DNA of 64,000 nt. Origin: Spirochaetia bacterium (GTDB taxonomy: Bacteria; Spirochaetota; Spirochaetia; SP-2023). The notes beneath the pieces are model-generated. The model ran no database searches. It was not told where the DNA came from and worked only from the letters and a program-made list of their open reading frames with translations. Shown piece by piece: positions 1-9,583 of this stretch. Within the stretch, counting starts at the first letter, position 1, and every line of letters starts with the position of its first letter. The stretch is from the NCBI GenBank assembly GCA_965225855.1, contig CBDDCK010000005.1, positions 800,001 through 864,000 on the forward strand, written 5' to 3'. The position numbers and the translations under genes are program-made.

Positions 1-630
1 TACTATTTCAATTCTACTTCAAAGGAGTATGCAATGGCAATTACCTAAGCATATACCACCCCGAACTATAAATGGCCTGCAACTTTGTATTTTACGGTTA
101 GCCAAGCCATAGGGATAACAAACTAGCTTGGCAGCAGAAAAATTTTACCTATGAGGTGGTCTTTGGGTGTGTTATTTTTTGTGGGTGTATCCAATAATAA
201 TCGACCTAATCCATAACTATCGACTTCAAAATTCCAATAGTTATTGGGGTGTTTTGGTGTGGGCCTTTTTTGAGGGTTGGCCCAAAAACTTGAAATCAAA
301 GGGCTAAGTAATCAGACCTTTCATCTACATTTTTAGATGTAATAACAAAGACAAGAGAAAAAGACAAAATAATTTATATCAAATTTTATTAAATCTGCAC
401 TAAATCCTTTCTAATTTTGTCCCAGAATCAAATCTTTCAATGAAATCACCTTGACTCGTAATCTATTTTGGCTCATAACTGATGCAGGACGTGATAACTT
501 TGTGCCATCGGACGTGATAACTCGATTTTTTTCTCCATACCAAGGCTATAATTTGATAAAAGCAGCCTTGATAAAAAATTTACCAAGGCTGCAATTGGCC
601 AATGCAAGCGTTGCAACAACCAAACCCTAC

Positions 631-3129
631 TTACCAATTTACAACTTGAATAGCATTGGTTGGTACTGCTGGACTACCAATTCCAAATCCTGCTGCTGCT
701 TCAAGGTTGTATGCACCATCATTATCACTTTTACCAACCTTAACCAGTATCTTATTGGCTTCCGCTTTTACACTACCGCTTAAAATAATCCTTACGCTTG
801 TTGTACTTGCATCAGAACCTGTGGCTGTGTTTTCACCTGCAGCTGTGTGCTGGGGTAATGTGTATTTCTTACTACCATCACCGGATACAATCGTCAATTT
901 GCTAAAGTCCCACTCTGCAACTGTTGGCGGTAACCTGCTACCTTTAATAAATAACAAGCCTGTACGAGAATTGTAGACTAAGTTGGTGATCTGGCTTACA
1001 TACCCACTAACGGTAATCGGGTTATTGCTTGTGTCTGCTGCGCTACCACCTGCAAATCCTGCTGCTGCTTCCAGGTTGTATGCACCAGTATCATCACTAT
1101 CACCATTCTTAACCAATATATCCGTGGCTTTCGTTACTTCATAACCCTTTAAAGTAATCGTTAAGCTTGTTGTACTTGCTGCAGAACCTGTGGCTCTAGT
1201 AAAACCGATTGGGTTGTGGTTTTGTAATGGTTGACTCTTACGACCATTACCTGCGACAAACCTCAATTTGGTGAAGTCCCAGCCTGTAACTGCTTTTGGT
1301 AAATTAGTACCTGTAATCACTAACACGCCTGTAGCAGCATTGTAGGTTGCACGGGTAATTGCGGGTGGGTTACCACTAACGGTTAAGTCTTTGGCTGTAT
1401 CTAAACCCGCCCAAGCACCAGTGCCAACGCTAAGCAACCTATCTTTTCTACCATTGCTATCCATACCGGTCTTGCCATTCAGAGTAGCTTTATCGTCATC
1501 GGTAAGGTAAAGCCAAAGCGCTGTGCCATCGCTATGCAGGCGGTACTTACCTTTTGCAAGACCACGACTATCTGGCCCAGTGGCTGTGCCATCTGCAGTA
1601 TAGGAATCTAAAGCTATCCCATCTACCGTGATGGTTTGGATTTGGGCTTGGGTCGCAGTTGTAGGACTTAAGTTAGAACCTTGTACGGTTAACAGCGCCG
1701 TGCCAACATGGTAGGTTGCACTGGTAATTGCGGGTGGGTTTCCACTAACGGCCAAGGCTTTGGCTGTATCTAAACCCGCCCAAGTACCAGTGCTAGTAAG
1801 CAACCCATCTTTTAGACCATTGCTATCCATACCGGGCTTGCCATTCAGAGTAGTTTTATGTCGATCGGTAAGGTAAAGCCAAAGCGCTGTGCCATCGCTT
1901 TTCATACGGTACTTACCTTTTGCAAGACCGCGACTATCTGGCCCAGTGGCTGTGGCAGTATAGGAATCTAAAGCTACCCCATCTACCGTGATGGTTTGGA
2001 TTTGGGCTTGGGTAGCACTAGCTAAGAGAGTACCTTGCAAGGTTAACAGCGCCGTGCCAACATGGTAGCTTGCACCGGTAATTGCGGGGTTTCCACTAAC
2101 GGTTAAGGCTTTGGCTGTATCTAAACCCGCCCAACTACCAGTGCTAGTAAGCAACCCATCTTTTAGACCATTGCTATCCATACCGTCCTTGCCATTCAGA
2201 GTAGTTTTATGTTGATCGGTAAGGTAAAGCCAAAGCGCTGTGCCATCGCTTTTCATACGGTACTTACCTTTTGCAAGACTGCTACTATCTGCCCCAGTGG
2301 CTGTGCCATCTGCAGTATAAGAATTTAAGACTAGGTCATATACTTTGATGGTTTGGATTTGGGCTTGGGTCGCATTACCTAAGTGAGTACCTTGTACGGT
2401 TAACAGTGCCGTGCCAACATGGTAGCTTGCACGGGTAATTGCGGCTTTAGGCGACTGCTCTTCGGCTTTAGGTTGCTTAGGCGACTGCTCTTCGGTTTCG
2501 GTCTTAGACTGCTTATCTTCGACTTCTTCGGTTTGTTCGGCTTCGGGTAGTTCATGCGACTGCTTATCTTCAGCTTGTTCGACTTCTTCAGCTTGTTCGT
2601 CTTGTTCAGCTTCTTCAGTTTGCTTAGATGGCTGATTGTCATCGGATACTTTAGACTGCTTATCGGGTATATTCCTAACGGTTAAGTCTTTGGCTGTATC
2701 TAAACCCGCCCAAGCACCAGAGCCAACGCTAAGCAACCCATCTTTTCTACCATTGCTACCCACCTTGGCCTCAAGAGTAGCTTTATCTTTATCAGTAAGT
2801 CTAAGCCAAAGCTCTGTGCCATCGCTTTTCATACGGTACTTACCTTTTGCAAGACCGTTACTATCTGGCCCAGTGGCTGGGTCATCTGCAGTATAGGAAT
2901 CTAAAGCTACGCCATCTACTACGATGGTTTGGATTTGGGCTTCTGTAGGACTTAAGTCAGTACCTTGTACGGTTAACAGAGCCGTAGCAAAGTCGTAGAT
3001 GGCATTATTGATAGACGGCCCAGAAGATGGCCCAGAAGATCGATCATCGTCATCGGGTGGGGCGCAGGCCAAGGCCATAAAGGCCAGTAGCCAGGCTACT
3101 GGCAATAAAAGTAGTTTGAGCTTATACAT
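631..3129 (-). CDS. Modular repeat surface lipoprotein (4 A-type + 2 B-type ~120-aa Ig-like repeats, acidic linker)
   Basis: ATG at 3129 with GGAGG RBS at 3138-3142. Signal peptide MYKLKLLLLPVAWLLAFMALA|C. Internal repeats. Paralog of 45326-47476. Confidence 0.9.
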   Translation of the reverse strand: MYKLKLLLLPVAWLLAFMALACAPPDDDDRSSGPSSGPSINNAIYDFATALLTVQGTDLSPTEAQIQTIVVDGVALDSYTADDPATGPDSNGLAKGKYRMKSDGTELWLRLTDKDKATLEAKVGSNGRKDGLLSVGSGAWAGLDTAKDLTVRNIPDKQSKVSDDNQPSKQTEEAEQDEQAEEVEQAEDKQSHELPEAEQTEEVEDKQSKTETEEQSPKQPKAEEQSPKAAITRASYHVGTALLTVQGTHLGNATQAQIQTIKVYDLVLNSYTADGTATGADSSSLAKGKYRMKSDGTALWLYLTDQHKTTLNGKDGMDSNGLKDGLLTSTGSWAGLDTAKALTVSGNPAITGASYHVGTALLTLQGTLLASATQAQIQTITVDGVALDSYTATATGPDSRGLAKGKYRMKSDGTALWLYLTDRHKTTLNGKPGMDSNGLKDGLLTSTGTWAGLDTAKALAVSGNPPAITSATYHVGTALLTVQGSNLSPTTATQAQIQTITVDGIALDSYTADGTATGPDSRGLAKGKYRLHSDGTALWLYLTDDDKATLNGKTGMDSNGRKDRLLSVGTGAWAGLDTAKDLTVSGNPPAITRATYNAATGVLVITGTNLPKAVTGWDFTKLRFVAGNGRKSQPLQNHNPIGFTRATGSAASTTSLTITLKGYEVTKATDILVKNGDSDDTGAYNLEAAAGFAGGSAADTSNNPITVSGYVSQITNLVYNSRTGLLFIKGSRLPPTVAEWDFSKLTIVSGDGSKKYTLPQHTAAGENTATGSDASTTSVRIILSGSVKAEANKILVKVGKSDNDGAYNLEAAAGFGIGSPAVPTNAIQVVNW

Positions 3130-3192
3130 AAGCAATACCTCCAACAATGGATAAAGATTAGCCAACCCATACGGGCTAGTGCATAGAGCCCT

Positions 3193-3221
3193 ATTGTGTT
3201 AGGGGGGGGGAATTGAGTCAA
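3193..3221 (-). promoter_or_regulatory. Sigma70-like promoter with poly-C9 in spacer (17 bp)
   Basis: Minus strand TTGACT (3216-3221), 17 bp including G9 at 3202-3210, then CACAAT (3193-3198). Confidence 0.65.
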
Positions 3222-3310
3222 GGCCCATATAAGCTTTTTGTAAGTTTTTTACAAGTTTTTTTGTTTTTTAGTGTTGTAAGGTAGTTAAAAATCAATGCCA
3301 ATCAAAAGGC

Positions 3311-3356
3311 TTGAGATTATTTGAGATATCTTGAGATTGCTTGAGATACCTTGGGT
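3311..3356. repeat. 10-bp-period tandem repeat TTGAGATnnn x4 plus a degenerate fifth
   Basis: ttgagattat ttgagatatc ttgagattgc ttgagatacc ttgggt. Confidence 0.8.
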
Positions 3357-3736
3357 AAAAATTTGTAATACGCTAGACGCAGTCCGGGTGTTGCGTTGCG
3401 TATGATCGTAGTAAACATCATGGCACAAAGTATAAGAATTTGGTATAAGAATTTGAGTTTTTTGTATCGCAGTACAGCCCAGTTTTTAGCAAAATAATAC
3501 AATACAATTTTTTGCGATTTTTTTAGAGACTGCCACAGTCTCATTGGAAAATTCCCAGGTTGCAAATCAAAAAAGCTAGTAAGGTTTTCAGTCAAAACCT
3601 TACTAGCTTTTTGAGACCGTGGCCCGTTACCATGATATTTTGAAAGCATATTGTTGCCCAATTACTGCCGACAACCCATATGCCGAAAAACAAAAATTTT
3701 TTACTTGTTCCATTTGTGGATTCAGCCGAAAGGCAC

Positions 3737-3776
3737 AAAAAAGCGGTGCATGGTTTGGTTATCCTAGCACCGCTTT
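3737..3776 (-). terminator. Putative intrinsic terminator inside the element
   Basis: 10-bp stem AAAGCGGTGC/GCACCGCTTT with an A-run on the left (U-tail on the minus strand). Confidence 0.45.
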
Positions 3777-4106
3777 GGCTTTTTGAAGTTTTGAGCGTTT
3801 TTGCTCTGGTTTGGTGTTAAAAATGGATTCTGGCTTTTTCTCGTGCAATGAAAAATTTTTTACTTTTTTATTTTGGAAAGTAAGCCAATTTTTACCTTCC
3901 ATTTGTCCCAAAAATCCCGAGTTATCACGTCTTATCCCGTTCAGTTATCATGTCCTCTTTCACATAACCACTGCTTTGTTTTTGCTAAGTTTTTTATTCA
4001 ATAAAGGAATTAAATAGCCAGCCAGATAGTTTTCCAGTAGCATTTTTATCTTTTGTTCATTGCTATAGAGCGAATTTTTAACAATCTTCGCAACATTGAA
4101 TGTAGA

Positions 4107-5759
4107 ATGAAAACAGCCATTATTTCTCGCAGTAAATCTATTATTATCGTGATGTTGGGGACTTTTAGTTCTCGATTTCTAGGCTTTGCGCGAAATGCAA
4201 CTATTGCTTTTTATTTTGGTGCTGGTGAAAAAGCCGATGTATTGAATTTTATTCAGGCTATCCCATTGTTATTACGCCGTCTAGCTGCCGAAGGTTCACT
4301 GGAAACCGCATTAGTTCCCGAATTGGTACGCAGCTATGAGCAAGACCCTAGTTTTCTTAGCAGTAAAGCTATCTGGCGTAAATTATTGGCGGTGCAATGG
4401 TGTATACTTTTGCCACTGTGTTTATTGCTTTGGCTTTTTCCTAATCAAATTATTGACCTTTTAACTGAATTTCCAAAGCCGGAGCAACGGCAGCTAGCCA
4501 GCCAAATGCTGTATTACGTAAGCCCTTATGTTTTTTTACTTAGCCAAAGTGTGTTGTTAGGGGCTCTACTTTCCAGCCAACAACGTTTTACCCTTAGCTC
4601 GTTTACGCCTTTATTTTTCTCTGTAACGATTATTGCTACGACTGTTTGGCTGCAAAAATACTACAGTGTTTTTGCTGTATTATGGGGAATGCTGGCTGGC
4701 ATTGTGTTGCAATTACTGTTTTTGCTCCCGCCTATTTTACGCTCTGGTTATGCTTTATTGCCTTATTTTCGGTTATCTGATTTTCGCTTCGACCCTGCGA
4801 TAAAACGGATTTGCCAAGTATGGCTACCACTGTGGTTTAGCACGAGCCTTTTGGCTTTAATGCAGTTCGTGGCCCATTATTTGGCCTCCCAAACGCAAAG
4901 CGGCAGTATTTCGGCTTTGACCAATGCTTTAATTTTCTTTCAATTGCCGCAAGGGTTGATTTATGCTTCCATTGCCAAAGTTTGCTTACCTCAAATGAGC
5001 CAGCTTGCCGACCCGCGTACGACTCAAGTATTGCGCTACGGTTTGCAACAGTTATTGATATTATTGCTCCCAGCAACTCTCGTGTTATTTATGATGAGCG
5101 ATGCGCTGGTGGCTATAGCATTTCAGCGGGGTGCTTTTGCTTTGCAAGATACTTTGCTCACAGCCGAGGTGCTGCGCTATTATATTCTGGGAACTTTGCC
5201 GATTGCTGGTTTCCGTTTTTTGCAGCAATATCTGTATGCACAATCGCACAAGGTGCAGCCGTTGCTGCAAACTTTTTGGGTAGTGGCAATGGATATACCT
5301 TTGTCTTTTTACTTAATAGAGAAAATTGGTGTAATTGCTTTACCGATTGCCAATACTTTTAGTTATAGTGTGGTTGGGCTGTATTCTTATTTTATTACAG
5401 CAAGATATAGTCATAAAGATGGTGGTGGGCTGTTGTGTCGTGTACGTTGGCATCGCCTGTGTTTTGGCTTATTGCCAAAATTATTATTGGTGTGTGGTTT
5501 GCTACAGATACTCGATAGAGGGCTAGTTTATGCCGAGCAATACCTATTTGATAGAACTACACCCAATTTTTTGAATAATCTACGGCTTACGGCACAAGGG
5601 TTGGAACAGAGTCAACAATGGTGGTGGAGCCAAGGTGGTACCCTGCACAACTTCGGCATTTTGGCTATCCATGGTTTGATTTTACTAGGATTTTTTATTG
5701 TATTGTGCCGCATTATTCATATACCGTTGCTCAAACAATCGAAAATAAAAACAGTTTAA
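4107..5759 (+). CDS. murJ: Lipid II flippase MurJ
   Basis: SRFLGFAR, RRLAAEGSL and FQLPQGL motifs. Many TM segments. ATG at 4107. Confidence 0.9.
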   Translation: MKTAIISRSKSIIIVMLGTFSSRFLGFARNATIAFYFGAGEKADVLNFIQAIPLLLRRLAAEGSLETALVPELVRSYEQDPSFLSSKAIWRKLLAVQWCILLPLCLLLWLFPNQIIDLLTEFPKPEQRQLASQMLYYVSPYVFLLSQSVLLGALLSSQQRFTLSSFTPLFFSVTIIATTVWLQKYYSVFAVLWGMLAGIVLQLLFLLPPILRSGYALLPYFRLSDFRFDPAIKRICQVWLPLWFSTSLLALMQFVAHYLASQTQSGSISALTNALIFFQLPQGLIYASIAKVCLPQMSQLADPRTTQVLRYGLQQLLILLLPATLVLFMMSDALVAIAFQRGAFALQDTLLTAEVLRYYILGTLPIAGFRFLQQYLYAQSHKVQPLLQTFWVVAMDIPLSFYLIEKIGVIALPIANTFSYSVVGLYSYFITARYSHKDGGGLLCRVRWHRLCFGLLPKLLLVCGLLQILDRGLVYAEQYLFDRTTPNFLNNLRLTAQGLEQSQQWWWSQGGTLHNFGILAIHGLILLGFFIVLCRIIHIPLLKQSKIKTV

Positions 5760-6949
5760 AGCCGTTCATTGGTTGTTGTATTACTGGCAAGTTTGGCCCG
5801 GTCTTCAGCTAAGCTTTGTTTATTGTGTTCGCTTTCTACATCACTAAGGTTTATTTGTTGTAATTGTACGAGCATTTCTTGGCTTTTAGCTAAAATCATG
5901 GTTTGAGTTACTTTGCCTTTGGGCTTGGCATGGGGCGGGGCATCTCCAACTTGGATTACCAAACGTTTGTTGGAAAGCCATTTCAAATCCGTTAGGGCAG
6001 AATAAATACCTTCGTAAACAGCTTCTGGTTTGTCACCACCGCCGCGCAATCGGATGCCATCCAAAATAGTTTGCACTGTATCTAAATTGTTGCTGAAGTC
6101 AAAAGGTTTTACCAAATATTCTTCGCCGTAATCTCGGTACAAAACAATGCCAATACGAAAGCTATCAAATTTAGCTACTTGCTGCTTTACCATCGGGATC
6201 AATTTAGAGCGCAAAAACTCGACATTATCCCGCATGCTGATTGTCGTATCCAATACCAAGGCCACATCAATAGTGTTGCGTGATAAATCATTAATTTTTT
6301 GGTCGAGATTGTTTAAAACGGAAACAACGGCTGGTGGTGGCTCTTTTGCGTTTTCTTGTTCAGGCAACGCAGATAAGGATAACATAAACGGGTTATCCTC
6401 AAAGCTTCCTGAATAATCACCATAGGCTTTACTAAAGGTTCGGATATTGATCCATGAGTCCCTGCCGATTGTTTTGCTGCCATTGCGGCTCCAAGGGTAA
6501 CCATAGACTACTGTAAAAGGAATAAAAATATGAAAAGCCCCGTGAGGGAAATACGGGTTACTCTCTGGGGTGGAATCAATTAAAGAATACAATTCTTGTG
6601 GCAAAAACTTGCCTTCTAATAAGCGTTTTTCGTTGCCATTGTATGGGTTGTAAGTAGATGCTCGTAAAGCATAAACATGCTGTTTCTTTTCTGGGTCGTT
6701 GGTGTGGTCGGTGATCATGATCGAGCCGAGTTCCGGTTTGTTTTCAACCCATAAGTGAAAACCTGCATCTTTTGGGGTGTATTCAATGTATAATTCCCCG
6801 GGTTGCAGTTTTATATTTTTTTCTTGAGTGTGTAATTCAACGGTTATAGCCCCAAGCAAAAAATAGGCAAATAGCCATGTATGGAATGATGATGCCCACC
6901 CAATTGCCTTTTGGCATCTAGACTGAAAGTGTTTACTAAGCCTATTCAT
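5756..6949 (-). CDS. VWA-domain secreted protein
   Basis: MIDAS-like DVALVLDTTISM, YRDY, GGGDKPEAVYEG, GDAPPH. N-terminal hydrophobic segment. Confidence 0.85.
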   Translation of the reverse strand: MNRLSKHFQSRCQKAIGWASSFHTWLFAYFLLGAITVELHTQEKNIKLQPGELYIEYTPKDAGFHLWVENKPELGSIMITDHTNDPEKKQHVYALRASTYNPYNGNEKRLLEGKFLPQELYSLIDSTPESNPYFPHGAFHIFIPFTVVYGYPWSRNGSKTIGRDSWINIRTFSKAYGDYSGSFEDNPFMLSLSALPEQENAKEPPPAVVSVLNNLDQKINDLSRNTIDVALVLDTTISMRDNVEFLRSKLIPMVKQQVAKFDSFRIGIVLYRDYGEEYLVKPFDFSNNLDTVQTILDGIRLRGGGDKPEAVYEGIYSALTDLKWLSNKRLVIQVGDAPPHAKPKGKVTQTMILAKSQEMLVQLQQINLSDVESEHNKQSLAEDRAKLASNTTTNERL

Positions 6950-7136
6950 GTTGTCCTCCCTCCAAGCAACCTTATTGTTGTTTGCTGCAATGAAAATGGG
7001 AACGCCTTTTTGATCAATTTCTATTACCGCGTAAAAAAAGAGAAAATAAAGGCTGATTCATGCAAATCTCCGAAAGATTTTAGTCTCTTTGTTCCTATTG
7101 TCGTTGTAGAGTTTTACAGGATTGTAAGGAGTCTTT

Positions 7137-8276
7137 ATGCTTGTATGCCGTTCCGTGTATTCGTGTTTTTGCTGCTTGCATTGTGTATCGCTGCAGCCGT
7201 TTCCATTGCGATTGGGCAGGTTATTGTGGTTGTTTGTGTTGTTATTCAGTTTGTTCTGGGGTTGTGATCTGGCGCAAAACCTGCTAGGTTTAGCGTCCCA
7301 CGATATTCAGCCTCCAGTGTTGTTGCGCCAACAAAGCTTTGATGACTATTTTGTCTTCCATTTTAATGAACCAATAGTCAGCGCAACATTCACCAATATT
7401 GAGCCTAAATTACCTTATGATTCCATTGATTTTGAGGGTAAAGTTCTAACGATTCGGCTTTCAAAAAAGACCATACCGGGAAAGCCTTACCTGTTGCGTG
7501 CCAGTGTAGTCGATGCCAATGATAATGTACTCAACTTTTTAACAAGGGTTTACGGCCAGAATATCAACCCCGCTCACATGCTGATCAATGAATTTAATCC
7601 AGAAGGTAGCAAGCGTTCCAACTCGCCAGAAGTGGTGGAACTCTACGTTACCAAGGGCGGCAATATTGGTGGTTTGACCTTTACCTACGGCAGTCTCGAA
7701 GAGAATAAAGGCAGCTTTGTCTTCCCATCGATGGACGTTGCGAGCGGGGACTTTATTTTGTTGCATACGCGCTGGGACGAGAATCATAAACGGGATATAC
7801 GGCGTTTGAATGAAAGCCCAGAAACAGGTAAGGATGCTGCTAAGGCAAGGCTAAGCAGTGATAATGCATGGGACTTTTGGTTAGAGAATCTTACTGGTTT
7901 GAGTAACACCAATGGAGCACTGGCATTGTACCAAGCCCCGCAGCAAGATGCACCGCTGCTCGATGTGGTTATCTATTCTACTTCGGTTACCAGTAAGCGT
8001 TACCGAGGTTGGAAAACATCTTATTTGTTGCGCCAAGTAGAGCGTTTGCAAAGCGGTTGGCAGGGTGCTTTAACCCCAGATTCGCAGAATCAATTCCGCC
8101 CTCTCGTGCCAGAAGATGCCATACGGTCTAAAGACTCTACTGGTACCCGCAGTATTTCGCGCCTGCACAACGGCGGTATACCCGTTGATAGCAATAGTGC
8201 TGCGGACTGGATCATTGTGCCAACCCGCCAATATAGCTTTGGCAAAACCAACAGTTTAAAGCGTTATACCAAGTAA
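7137..8276 (+). CDS. Lipoprotein with lamin-tail-like domain (start uncertain)
   Basis: Lipobox-like LLFSLFWGC. LINEF...EVVELY motif typical of LTD domains. Confidence 0.65.
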   Translation: MLVCRSVYSCFCCLHCVSLQPFPLRLGRLLWLFVLLFSLFWGCDLAQNLLGLASHDIQPPVLLRQQSFDDYFVFHFNEPIVSATFTNIEPKLPYDSIDFEGKVLTIRLSKKTIPGKPYLLRASVVDANDNVLNFLTRVYGQNINPAHMLINEFNPEGSKRSNSPEVVELYVTKGGNIGGLTFTYGSLEENKGSFVFPSMDVASGDFILLHTRWDENHKRDIRRLNESPETGKDAAKARLSSDNAWDFWLENLTGLSNTNGALALYQAPQQDAPLLDVVIYSTSVTSKRYRGWKTSYLLRQVERLQSGWQGALTPDSQNQFRPLVPEDAIRSKDSTGTRSISRLHNGGIPVDSNSAADWIIVPTRQYSFGKTNSLKRYTK

Positions 8277-8359
8277 ATATTTGCGATTTTCTTAGTAAAG
8301 CCTTGCGATTCACATAGTAAATATTTGCGATTCTCCTAGTAAAACCTTGTGGTTTATGC
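8272..8359. repeat. 22-bp tandem repeat x4 (alternating 44-bp higher order)
   Basis: AGTAAATATTTGCGATTTTCTT / AGTAAAGCCTTGCGATTCACAT / AGTAAATATTTGCGATTCTCCT / AGTAAAACCTTGTGGTTTATGC. Confidence 0.8.
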
Positions 8360-8516
8360 TTTCTGTATTGGCGTTTGTCTCTCTCATTTTCTACTTGCTT
8401 TGCCTTGCGATTTTCCGATTTATGCCTTGGCTTTCTATGATTTACGCAAAATTACTTGCAAGCTTTACCCCAGCTCGCTTTAATGATGGCCACTTAAAAT
8501 CTGGAGGAAATACAAT

Positions 8517-9533
8517 ATGAATAGCTATCAATACTGCCAAAACATTCCGAAAGCGGAGCTGCATATCCATATTGAAGGCTCTTTAGAGCCTGAACTGATG
8601 TTCCAATTGGCACAGAAACACAGCCTGGAACTGCCGTATTCCAGTGTCGAATAGCTTAGGCAAGCCTATCAATTCTCGAATTTACAAAGCTTTTTAAACA
8701 TTTACTATCAGGGGGCCAGTGTGCTGCTAGATGAAGATGATTTTTATGAGTTGATGATGGCTTACTTGCGCAAAGCGAAGTTGGACAACATTCAACGCGC
8801 CGAGATTTTCTTTGACCCCCAAACCCACACTAGCCGAGGCGTGGCCTTTGAAACGATGGTAAAGGGCTTGCATCGCACTATGAATCAAATGCAAGAGCAG
8901 ACAGGTATTTCCTGCAGCTTGATTATGTGCTTCTTGCGCCACTTGGGCGGCGAGCAAGCCTTTCAGTTAATGCAGGAAGCATTGCCGTACAAACAATACT
9001 TTGAAGCCGTTGGTTTGGACTGTTCCGAGCAGGGCTTTGAGCCGTCTTTGTTTGTGAAAGCCTATGACTTAGCCAGAGAACATGGCTTTGACCTTGTGGC
9101 TCATGCGGGCCAAGAAGACCCGCCTTGCTACATTAGGCAAGCAATGGATTTGCTCCCATTTCAGCGAATTGACCACGGGCTACCCATTATAGAGGATGAA
9201 TAACTTATGCAAAGAGCCATTGAATCCCAGTTGCCATTGACCATGTGCCCACTGTCTAACTTCAAGCTATGCGCTGTGCCCAGCTTAGAACAGCACCGAT
9301 TGAAGAAGCTGTTAGACAAAGGTTTGTGTGTTACTATCAATTCAGATGACCCTGCTTATTGGGGGGATTACTTGGCTGAAAACTATATTCAGAGTGCCAA
9401 GGCCTTGGGTTTAAGCCGTAAAAATCTATACCAATTGGCCAAAAACAGCTTTACTGCTTGCTTGATTAGCGATGAACAATGCCAAGCGTATTACCGCTTG
9501 TTAGAGCAGTTTGAGAAGAATTTTAATGAATAA
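8517..9533 (+). pseudogene. add: Adenine/adenosine deaminase, interrupted by two in-frame stops
   Basis: GGAGG RBS, ATG 8517, [36 protein letters not shown] at 8652 and TAA at 9201 are in frame. Confidence 0.9.
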
Positions 9534-9583
9534 ATTGGCCAATCTTTGTAGCGATATCTATTAGATTGTAGGAGATTACCGTA

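Larger units (their letters stand above)
480..3962. mobile_element. Non-autonomous DDE-type transposon (no transposase) carrying a lipoprotein gene
   Basis: Left end TGATGCAGGACGTGATAAC-N11-GGACGTGATAACTCG. Right end (reverse complement) TGAAAGAGGACATGATAAC-N11-AGACGTGATAACTCG. TG...CA termini. Identical 6-bp flanks CATAAC at 474-479 and 3963-3968. Confidence 0.85.

Noticed and set aside
3130..3165. TTG-start extension MANLYP of the lipoproteins (also 45290)
   Set aside because: GGAGG precedes the downstream ATG, which begins a canonical signal peptide.
3317..4017. ORFs 3317-3661 and 3811-4017 as transposase remnants
   Set aside because: No DDE or HTH motifs or RBS. The second ORF crosses the element terminus.
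8272..8359. CRISPR array (also the 23-bp units at 60207 and the 45014 cassette)
   Set aside because: No unique spacers of about 30 bp between repeats and no cas genes.
8652..9203. Stop-codon recoding or alternative genetic code
   Set aside because: Two different stops (TAG, TAA), both used as normal terminators elsewhere in the window. A catalytic-motif residue is also changed.
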